IMG/VR virus record: IMGVR_UViG_3300007511_000003
Location: 104,901-168,900 of that record
Direction: 5' to 3' (one strand)
Source: a virus
Length of the DNA: 64,000 bases
In this document: positions 10,138 to 16,455 of the stretch, one piece after another
How positions within the stretch are numbered: position 1 is the stretch's first letter
Layout: the number at the start of each line of letters is the position of its first letter
The notes under the pieces: generated by a model
Told to the model about the DNA's origin: nothing
The model's input: only the letters and a program-made list of their open reading frames with translations
Database searches by the model: none
Position numbers and translations under genes: made by a program

Positions 10138-10917
10138 TCACTTTTCGTCAAATTCGATGCTAACGGTAGCCCCTGTTTCATGGTCCCGGACCTTCATCGT
10201 GTCCCGTCTGCTGCGGGAACCGCGTTTCTTTTTTGGCTTTTTCCCTTGAGCCAAAGATTCCAAGTCTGAGGTACAAGCATCAATGGTGGGTGCTTCGTAA
10301 CTATCCAGGTCTGACTTCTTTCGGATGACGGGCATACGCTTTTTGGTCAAAAGGTGGGAACGTAGATCTTTGGGCGTTTGGATTTTCCCTTCTTCCGTCA
10401 AACGTTCCGATAGGGCTGTAAACCGACTCTTGGACAGGACTGAGGCAATCGGAAGGGTTAAGAAAACCAACTTTTTGCGGTAACGTTTGGAACGGAGTGA
10501 GCTGGCAACATGGAGGTACTTGAGGTCCTTGGTGGCCCCAATGACACGCCCCTGAAACCAACAGTCGAGGTAGGATATACGGGGAGCCGACAAGTTCATA
10601 AAAATGGGCTGGCCAAATTTGTAACCCGTCTTTTGGACGGTGGCAGCGTACTTGAACAAGTAGGCCAATATGCGGAGTTGGCTGGGTTTGAGGTCCTTGG
10701 CGATTATCGCGATTTGCTCGATCGCGTCTTCCTGGACCGTCACCAGCTTGTAGGTATCTGGGGTAAAATCGTCACAGGCAGAAGCAAAGGACTGAACCCC
10801 GAGGTCCTTACACTTTTTATCATAAACAGCGGGCCCTCTCTTATGATGGAGGCATTCCCCGCACTTCATACCCAAACTTAGCTTCCCTGACTTGGAAGGC
10901 GTCCCTTTCTTCAACAT
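10138..10917 (-). CDS. Hypothetical basic protein with Cys/His cluster
   Basis: 259 aa; CGECLHH...C...C. Confidence 0.7.
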   Translation of the reverse strand: MLKKGTPSKSGKLSLGMKCGECLHHKRGPAVYDKKCKDLGVQSFASACDDFTPDTYKLVTVQEDAIEQIAIIAKDLKPSQLRILAYLFKYAATVQKTGYKFGQPIFMNLSAPRISYLDCWFQGRVIGATKDLKYLHVASSLRSKRYRKKLVFLTLPIASVLSKSRFTALSERLTEEGKIQTPKDLRSHLLTKKRMPVIRKKSDLDSYEAPTIDACTSDLESLAQGKKPKKKRGSRSRRDTMKVRDHETGATVSIEFDEK

Positions 10918-10972
10918 AAGGATTCCCCGGTTGGTAGGTGAGCGTTATACGCTCACGGTTGGTAGTTGGTAT

Positions 10973-11467
10973 CTAGTGCCCTATGTGCCTCATATATACC
11001 ACTTTAATTCCCTCTTTCACCACTTGGTCCTGCGTTAACCCTAGACCCTTCGCTGATAGTTTTAACATACGATGGGTTGCAGCGTCAAGCGTTGTCATGT
11101 ATTTCACGGGTCGGTGGTCGGAACCCTTTGATATTTCGTTCGCTTTGGAGATGACAGAAGCCAGATAAACCGCTTGGTCTACCTGGCCGGAACCCTTCCA
11201 TTTGGAACAGAGTTGGGTGATATACTGGGTACCATACTTGACATACTGGGGAATGCGTATCTGGTGGGTGTTATAATGACAAATCCCGCACAGGGTTACA
11301 GTAGGACCGGTTTCCCCTCCGCAATGCCGAGGTACCACATGGTGTTCTTCCAAGCCATCTTTGTCTTGGCAAATCCAACAGTGGTCCAACTTCAATGTAC
11401 GCTTAATTTCCAAACGTTGTGCCCTTGTTAATACTTTAACTTGATGGAGCCGTGCGGGTTTGCCCAT
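10973..11467 (-). CDS. HNH endonuclease with possible C-terminal ribbon-helix-helix
   Basis: CWIC...EEHHVVP...GG...LCGICH; start moved to MGKP because a sigma70 promoter lies at 11486-11514. Confidence 0.8.
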   Translation of the reverse strand: MGKPARLHQVKVLTRAQRLEIKRTLKLDHCWICQDKDGLEEHHVVPRHCGGETGPTVTLCGICHYNTHQIRIPQYVKYGTQYITQLCSKWKGSGQVDQAVYLASVISKANEISKGSDHRPVKYMTTLDAATHRMLKLSAKGLGLTQDQVVKEGIKVVYMRHIGH

Positions 11468-11485
11468 ACCCAACACTACGACACC

Positions 11486-11514
11486 ATTGTAACATATACC
11501 AACAGAAGAGTCAA
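11486..11514 (-). promoter_or_regulatory. sigma70-type promoter
   Basis: TTGACT-17 bp-TACAAT. Confidence 0.75.
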
Positions 11515-11554
11515 GTAAAATTTCATGACTCGAAAAACCCAAGGATTTCAATGT

Positions 11555-11663
11555 CTTGCCATAGAAGAGCCCAGATGGAGGCAGGCAACGTTGGGCATGG
11601 ACGTTAGGCGGCACTCGGAGACCGGGGAGATCACACTATACACCTGGGCCCTTCTATGGCAAG
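11555..11663 (-). ncRNA. Long-stem hairpin RNA
   Basis: 23-bp stem (11555-11577 with 11641-11663); mismatches become G-U only on the minus strand; TGTAAATA at 11700-11707 upstream. Confidence 0.5.
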
Positions 11664-11734
11664 GCAGGCCCACCTACTTGGGACCCTGCCCTCATGGTTT
11701 ATTTACAAGAAATTATTATAAACTGAGCCAAAAA

Positions 11735-11822
11735 TGGAGCCAGGAACAGGATTCGAACCTGCGTTGGGTTTTCGCCGTCGGCTTACAAAGCCGCTCCTCT
11801 CGGCCGCTGGAGGGACCCTGGC
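11735..11822 (-). tRNA. tRNA-Thr(UGU), atypical, 15-nt variable arm
   Basis: GCCAGGG/TCCTGGC acceptor, U73, CCA, D stem CCTC/GAGG, anticodon loop TTTGTAA, T arm GCAGG-TTCGAAT-CCTGT. Confidence 0.75.
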
Positions 11823-11845
11823 AAATCAAGATTAGACTAGAGATA

Positions 11846-11919
11846 TGGACCTGCGTTTGGGTAGAACCAACAACCTAAGGCTTAACAGGCCCTCACTTTA
11901 CCAACCAAACTACTGTGGA
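11846..11919 (-). pseudogene. Degenerate or chimeric tRNA-Asn(GUU)
   Basis: 5' TCCACAGTAGTT..., anticodon arm AGGGC-CTGTTAA-GCCTT, ends in CCA, but the T loop is degenerate and acceptor strands do not pair. Confidence 0.6.
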
Positions 11920-11925
11920 TTAAGA

Positions 11926-12034
11926 TGGCACGTAGTAGGAATCGAACCTACGATTCTCGCTTAAACGGTTGATCAGTCCGCTATCGGCGAGCACAGACTC
12001 TGCCTGCGCGTTTACCACTCCGCCATACGTGCCA
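11926..12034 (-). ncRNA. tRNA-like RNA with collapsed anticodon arm and ~40-nt extra arm
   Basis: Acceptor-like TGGCACGTA/TACGTGCCA, D arm GCG-GAGTGGTAAA-CGC, T arm GTAGG-TTCGATT-CCTAC; middle CAGGC-AGA-GTCTG plus CTCGC...GCGAG arm. Confidence 0.7.
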
Positions 12035-12042
12035 CAAAGAAA

Positions 12043-12297
12043 ATATGGTGTGCTATTACGCCAAAGAGGAGTTCACCCTTACCATCTCTGGGGTGGCTTA
12101 CTACTTCACCAAGTGGCGCCCGTCGCCTATCCCTCATAGCAGGTGGTCCTGCAGAGCTCTTTATTTGGATGCCGCCACCCAAACGTTAGCCTAGAGGTTT
12201 CCCTGGTTCATGCCCTTGCAATCCAGGTACGTACTACAACTAACGGCCTTTGCCTCACTCTTTAAAGGATGGCTGCTTCTAAGCCAACCTCCCATAC
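12043..12297 (-). ncRNA. 23S rRNA GTPase-associated-centre (H43/H44) mimic RNA with ~195-nt structured insert
   Basis: GGAGGTTGGCTTAGAAGCAGCCATCCTTTAAAGAGTG...GCGTAATAGCACAC matches 23S nt ~1055-1104 (E. coli numbering, recalled from memory); closed by GTATGG/CCATAT. Confidence 0.85.
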
Positions 12298-12309
12298 CTT
12301 ATAGTATAT

Positions 12310-12681
12310 TCAATACCACGTTCGATGTTGTTCAAATACCCATTCACGACCATCGTCAGCTTCACCGATACTCCACTTAATGTCCTCCGGAATCTCTATG
12401 ACCTTCAGGTCAGGGGCCAAATCCTGGTGTTGGTTGAATGCTTCCAAGAGAGCAGGGTCATCACGCGGTATATCAAACACTGGGCAAAATCGTTCACCAT
12501 CCTTGGTGTAGTTAAAGGATGCATGTGGTTCGTCTTCATGGGCCTGGTCTTTATAAGATTGGACATACACTCCGTCCAGTTCCCACTGGAGATCAACACC
12601 AGTAGCCTGTGCCCAGGCCATCACAATTTTGTGTGGAAGGGAAAACCCACCGATTTCTTTGTTAATGAGTATATGCCTCAC
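12310..12681 (-). CDS. Hypothetical phage protein
   Basis: RDDPAL...LKVIEIP...W.I.E.D.GREWV.EQHRTW pattern common in small phage proteins. Confidence 0.75.
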   Translation of the reverse strand: MRHILINKEIGGFSLPHKIVMAWAQATGVDLQWELDGVYVQSYKDQAHEDEPHASFNYTKDGERFCPVFDIPRDDPALLEAFNQHQDLAPDLKVIEIPEDIKWSIGEADDGREWVFEQHRTWY

Positions 12682-12708
12682 GAGTAACTACCTTAAGTAC
12701 TGGTTGAT

Positions 12709-12785
12709 TGGCTGGCCCTCCTGGATTCGAACCAGGGATACACAGAATCAAAATCTGTTGCCTTACCAAACTTGGCTAAGGGCCA
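12709..12785 (-). tRNA. tRNA-Gln(UUG)
   Basis: TGGCCCT/AGGGCCA acceptor, G73, CCA, anticodon loop TTTTGAT, canonical T arm. Confidence 0.95.
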
Positions 12786-12790
12786 ATCGA

Positions 12791-12957
12791 ATACCACAGG
12801 CTGGGCGTTACTCCAGCTACACGGTTTCTCACCAGGAATATAACCGGGATCACCTGGTAATTCGCACGAGCTACACTGGCATCAGGCCCTTATCCCTTGC
12901 CATTTGGGCAATATCCCTCCTGTCACCAGGAGGCCCCCGTTTACCGCGGGGCGGTAC
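12791..12957 (-). ncRNA. Multi-hairpin structured RNA of unknown class
   Basis: Closing stem GTACCGC/GTGGTAT enclosing hairpins CCCCG/CGGGG, CCTCCTG/CAGGAGG, TTGCC/GGCAA, ACCAGG/CCTGGT and GCTGG/CCAGC; no sense ORF. Confidence 0.6.
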
Positions 12958-12964
12958 AACGCAA

Positions 12965-13213
12965 TTATGCCACTCCTCTATATATTATTATTATATAGAG
13001 ATGTGTCCTGTTTCCCCGCCCGATCAGGTGACGGGCCTGACGCTCGGTGCCGACACGCCAGTCTTGTTCTTGAGCGAGTTTGGCAAAGGCAAGGGCCAAT
13101 AGGTTGCGATCATAATAGGCGGCCTCCAATGCTTGCCCCTCCGCTCGCAACTTAACCACTTCTGCCTTTCGCAGTTCCTCAGCATGAGCGCCTGATAATT
13201 GGACATTACACAT
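12965..13213 (-). CDS. Hypothetical protein
   Basis: 82-aa ORF with SD, in operon orientation. Confidence 0.55.
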   Translation of the reverse strand: MCNVQLSGAHAEELRKAEVVKLRAEGQALEAAYYDRNLLALAFAKLAQEQDWRVGTERQARHLIGRGNRTHLYIIIIYRGVA

Positions 13214-13222
13214 GGTCAGTTC

Positions 13223-13411
13223 CTAATCAACAATAGTAAAATCAAAGGCCCCATAATCCAAGATCACGCTTTTACCTGGAGGAACATGTGTCAGAACAAA
13301 CTGTTCAAAGGTAGGGTCGTTTCCTTTTAAACGGAGAAACCGTTCATCCTTTGGCATTCCTTCCCACTGCTCCTTAACCATCTTTTCCAGTTCGTCATAG
13401 GTTAACTTCAT
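13223..13411 (-). CDS. Hypothetical protein
   Basis: 62 aa; ATGA-coupled to the upstream small ORF. Confidence 0.65.
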   Translation of the reverse strand: MKLTYDELEKMVKEQWEGMPKDERFLRLKGNDPTFEQFVLTHVPPGKSVILDYGAFDFTIVD

Positions 13412-13587
13412 GATAGTGACCCTAAGTTACCACCCCAAGTATTTTTGATCACATGGCCACGCCACATGTGAAGACCCTCCTCCGTGGCGTGGCACCTTTT
13501 GCAAATACAGGCCCCTGCATAAAACCTATATATCTCGTTGTCTTCCTTGGGCTGGTGGCAACAAACACAATTCAGAGTTTCTTCCAT
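13408..13587 (-). CDS. Small Zn-finger-like protein (59 aa, below the ORF-track cutoff)
   Basis: MEETLNCVCCHQPKED...ACICKRCH...; stop overlaps the next start (ATGA). Confidence 0.65.
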   Translation of the reverse strand: MEETLNCVCCHQPKEDNEIYRFYAGACICKRCHATEEGLHMWRGHVIKNTWGGNLGSLS

Positions 13588-13606
13588 GGAACCATGCCTT
13601 TAAGTT

Positions 13607-13682
13607 TGGTGGAGACGGACGGAATCGAACCGCCGACATCCTGCTTGCAAAGCAGGCGCTCTCCCAACTGAGCTACGCCCCC
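13607..13682 (-). tRNA. tRNA-Ala(UGC)
   Basis: GGGGGCG/CGTCTCC with G3-U70, A73, CCA, anticodon loop TTTGCAA. Confidence 0.97.
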
Positions 13683-13693
13683 ACGAGATAAAA

Positions 13694-14233
13694 TTACTTC
13701 TTTTGGAAAACCAACATCAAAGCCCCAAGGATCGATGCAAGACCAGCAAAAAGTTGACCGGGCAAAGGGTTAGTGTTGTTCGGAGTCTGCGCCAGCTGGA
13801 CCGCCGCCACCCGAAGCTGGTTCAGAAACATTGGGTTGGTCAAATCCATGGCCCCGCTTTGCTGAGGAATCTGGGCAGGAGCAGAGGGACCACCCCCAAC
13901 CACAGGAAACACCTGCTTCTCCTCAGGGTTCACAGCAACCTTCTGATCAACCAGGAACCCCTGTCCCGCTGTCAGGTGCTGCTTGAGCTGGTCAATGGTC
14001 CACAACATTCCTGCGTGGTCGGGTGGGGCCGGAGGGGGGCGGCGGAGGTTACGTGGTTTGAACCCTTGTTCCAAGGCAGACATGTACAGGACCTCAACAC
14101 CATTCTGGCGGGTGTACAGGCTGACGTTGAACACTGTGTTATCCGCTACTCCATAGATACGTACCTGTTGGCCTGGGGTAAATTTACGAAGCTGCTCCAA
14201 ATCAGCTGGTTTGTGGACTTCGATTACACTCAT
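13694..14233 (-). CDS. Hypothetical protein with hydrophobic C-terminus
   Basis: 179 aa, SD AGGAG. Confidence 0.7.
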   Translation of the reverse strand: MSVIEVHKPADLEQLRKFTPGQQVRIYGVADNTVFNVSLYTRQNGVEVLYMSALEQGFKPRNLRRPPPAPPDHAGMLWTIDQLKQHLTAGQGFLVDQKVAVNPEEKQVFPVVGGGPSAPAQIPQQSGAMDLTNPMFLNQLRVAAVQLAQTPNNTNPLPGQLFAGLASILGALMLVFQKK

Positions 14234-14312
14234 CTCGGCTCCTTTGTTCTACTGTTCCCACTGAACATGATCTAACCTCTGATAACCCAAAACCACCTCG
14301 GCTCTCAATAAT

Positions 14313-14400
14313 TGGTAGGGCTGGAGGGAGTTGAACCCACGGTAGGTCGCCCTACGTCGGTTTTCAAGACCGGTACCTTTAACCACTCGGCCACCCTTCC
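14313..14400 (-). tRNA. tRNA-Ser(UGA) body with non-matching 3' acceptor strand (chimeric or pseudo)
   Basis: GGAAGGG...CTTGAAA loop and long V arm GTAGG-GCGA-CCTAC, but the 3' strand is CAGCCCT-A-CCA. Confidence 0.7.
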
Positions 14401-14406
14401 ACAAAC

Positions 14407-14661
14407 CTACAAGGATTCCTCTAGGCAGGAGAACTCTGTGTGCCCGCAGTTTGGACATACGTCATCCTCCAGCTCTTCTGTTGTAAACTCTTGATTACAC
14501 TGCAGGCACTCACAAAGCTTACCGTAAGTGGTAGTTTCCCCTTCTGGTTCCGCGGTCCAATGGAGTTCATCGTTCCCACAGTTAGGGCAAGCATCACTGT
14601 ATAATTTATCAGGTGGACCTTCCCAACAACAATCCGGACACTCACAAACTCGATCACTCAT
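14407..14661 (-). CDS. Double zinc-ribbon protein
   Basis: CPDC...CPNC...CLQC...CPNC. Confidence 0.7.
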   Translation of the reverse strand: MSDRVCECPDCCWEGPPDKLYSDACPNCGNDELHWTAEPEGETTTYGKLCECLQCNQEFTTEELEDDVCPNCGHTEFSCLEESL

Positions 14662-14956
14662 CCCACACTCCAATTATTCCTTGGTAGGCATCTGGTGGTG
14701 GTCCATGGCCAGGTCGTGGTCTCCAACGTAACGATGCCTTAATTTGGCCCGACTTTTCAGAACACCAGTAAGCTTCAACGGTACCACTTACGTTCAAAGG
14801 TGAGCCTATGCCCACCCTGTATACTGGTGTTGTGGTTGTTAACGAGAACTTTGCGAGGACTTCGTTGTTATGGAGGACCTCCACCTGACAGGTTTTGGAC
14901 TCCAGATAACGTTCCCAACGAACCTTGATAGGACCTAAGATTATCATTTCGCTCAT
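14654..14956 (-). CDS. Hypothetical protein
   Basis: 100 aa, SD GAGGAG. Confidence 0.65.
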   Translation of the reverse strand: MSEMIILGPIKVRWERYLESKTCQVEVLHNNEVLAKFSLTTTTPVYRVGIGSPLNVSGTVEAYWCSEKSGQIKASLRWRPRPGHGPPPDAYQGIIGVWDE

Positions 14957-15052
14957 TGCGGCTCCTCAGAGGGCCACCCAAGCACTTTAGGTCCTTGAGA
15001 GTCCAAAGATATGTCCAAAGATAAAAACCCGACAGAAGTCCTCTGAGGGCGT

Positions 15053-15436
15053 TTATGAGGTAAAGGGTATTGACGGGGCTTTAGGTCCCAGTTTGAAGAA
15101 CTGCTGGTTCCCGTCTTTGTAATCCTCTGTCAACCATCCCTTATCCAACCACTTGCGGATGGTCTTCCACTGAGCACCTTTTGACCTATACACCACCCGT
15201 TCACCCTCCCGTACTTCATTTGTGACCTTACCTTTATCATCGGTTGAGGTGTAAGGTACCTTCTTGACCACACGTTCGATGACCACAGAGACACGGCCGC
15301 GAGCGGCAGCCCGCAACACTCGCAACTGACGACGATCAGCGATACCAGGAGGGAGTGGTTGTTTCTTATTTAACCTTCCGTCAATGCCGGAGGGTTGACG
15401 GGAAGTCTTCTCTTGTTTCGGTTTCTTGGCACTCAT
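15053..15436 (-). CDS. Basic hypothetical protein (start MSAKKP)
   Basis: Lys/Arg-rich with a wHTH-like end. Confidence 0.65.
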   Translation of the reverse strand: MSAKKPKQEKTSRQPSGIDGRLNKKQPLPPGIADRRQLRVLRAAARGRVSVVIERVVKKVPYTSTDDKGKVTNEVREGERVVYRSKGAQWKTIRKWLDKGWLTEDYKDGNQQFFKLGPKAPSIPFTS

Positions 15437-15483
15437 TTCAACGTCCCTTTGGGTACCCAGCCAACTAAGCCGGTTCGTTAAAG

Positions 15484-16455
15484 TTAAAAACCTAAGCCCC
15501 AACCGCGTATCTTCATGGAGCGATCAGTGCCCACCATATGGTTATATTGTGATTCTGGAATCAACCAAATATAGGAGAACCCTGTGCCCTCATGAGTGGC
15601 AGTGGTTTCTGAGGGCACGAATGAAAATCCAAGCCGTTCCGTCAATAAGTGCTGGATACGCTTCAGATAGTTTAATGGAGTAAGCCCACGCTTCTTTAGG
15701 TAACGTTGGTTAATCCCAACGACTGGTTGGCCCTTCAGGATCACGTAGGTTTCCATCACTCGAATATCAAAGCCTGCCTGTGCCAAGTCTTCTCGGTTAA
15801 TGAAGCCTTCAAACACAGGGGCTACCGGCAATTTCAGTACCTGAAATTTTTTCCTGCTCGTTTTTACGTTAGGCAAAAGGTCCTTAAAATGTTGTACCTC
15901 CGCCAACACACCTTTAGCTTGTTCCATGGTACGAGTGGCTTTTCGGTCGGACTCTGCTTGGTTGGGATCGTTCGTATCTACCACCACCGTCTCACGGGCC
16001 TTGGCTTGTTCCATGGCGGCATTAAGTCCATCATTCCATTCCATGGATCTAGAAAGCCCCTCCTTTAATTTAACAGGAGCAGAGCCTACTCGTTCATCCT
16101 CAAGAGCTACCGCGACCCTCAGTAAATCGTGCAACCGGGATCCGACCTGGGCTTTGACACTACGGAGGTCATCTACTTCCAAGTCACCCTCTTCCAAAGC
16201 CTCCAGCGCACTCTCCACAGCGTTGTGACAGTAATCAATGCCTTCCCGGATCTCCTTCAAAAACTGCGGCAGGCGTTTACTAGCACGGGAAGCTAAGGCT
16301 TCCCTGGCGGTTTTTAAAAATGTGACCAGCACTCCTAAGATATCTACACCTTCGGTCTCTGCCGTTTTACGGTTAAGACGACGGAGTTCCTTCTGGGCTT
16401 CCTGTAGGTGCAGGACCAGTGCCTCTTTCCGACTCTTGCTGATCCTCGTTGCCAT
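15484..16455 (-). CDS. Hypothetical protein with coiled-coil N-terminus
   Basis: 323 aa, SD AGGAGG. Confidence 0.75.
   Translation of the reverse strand: MATRISKSRKEALVLHLQEAQKELRRLNRKTAETEGVDILGVLVTFLKTAREALASRASKRLPQFLKEIREGIDYCHNAVESALEALEEGDLEVDDLRSVKAQVGSRLHDLLRVAVALEDERVGSAPVKLKEGLSRSMEWNDGLNAAMEQAKARETVVVDTNDPNQAESDRKATRTMEQAKGVLAEVQHFKDLLPNVKTSRKKFQVLKLPVAPVFEGFINREDLAQAGFDIRVMETYVILKGQPVVGINQRYLKKRGLTPLNYLKRIQHLLTERLGFSFVPSETTATHEGTGFSYIWLIPESQYNHMVGTDRSMKIRGWGLGF

Noticed and set aside
11468-11614. N-terminal 49 aa of the HNH ORF as given in the ORF track
   Set aside because: It overlaps a consensus sigma70 promoter and the long hairpin; the ATG at 11467 is more plausible.
12043-12297. 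A genuine rRNA gene or host rRNA operon fragment
   Set aside because: Only ~50 nt match 23S, in two pieces with their own closing helix. No 16S, 5S or contiguous 23S sequence flanks it, and the context is phage tRNA genes.
11926-12297. tmRNA
   Set aside because: No Ala-type G3-U70 acceptor or tag reading frame; the tRNA-like element has a full D arm and is self-contained.
12878-12896. GGGATAAGGGCCTGATGCC resembling the 23S peptidyl-transferase segment GGGAUAACAGGCUGAUACC
   Set aside because: A 15/19 match is about chance level when 170 nt are compared with a whole 23S, and flanking sequence does not continue the match.
12629-13102. 157-aa plus-strand ORF, and similar ORFs at 11525-11878 and 13453-13671
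   Set aside because: They run antisense across tRNA or structured RNA genes.
15001-15023. gtccaaagata direct repeat
   Set aside because: Only two copies of 11 bp; too little to assign a function.
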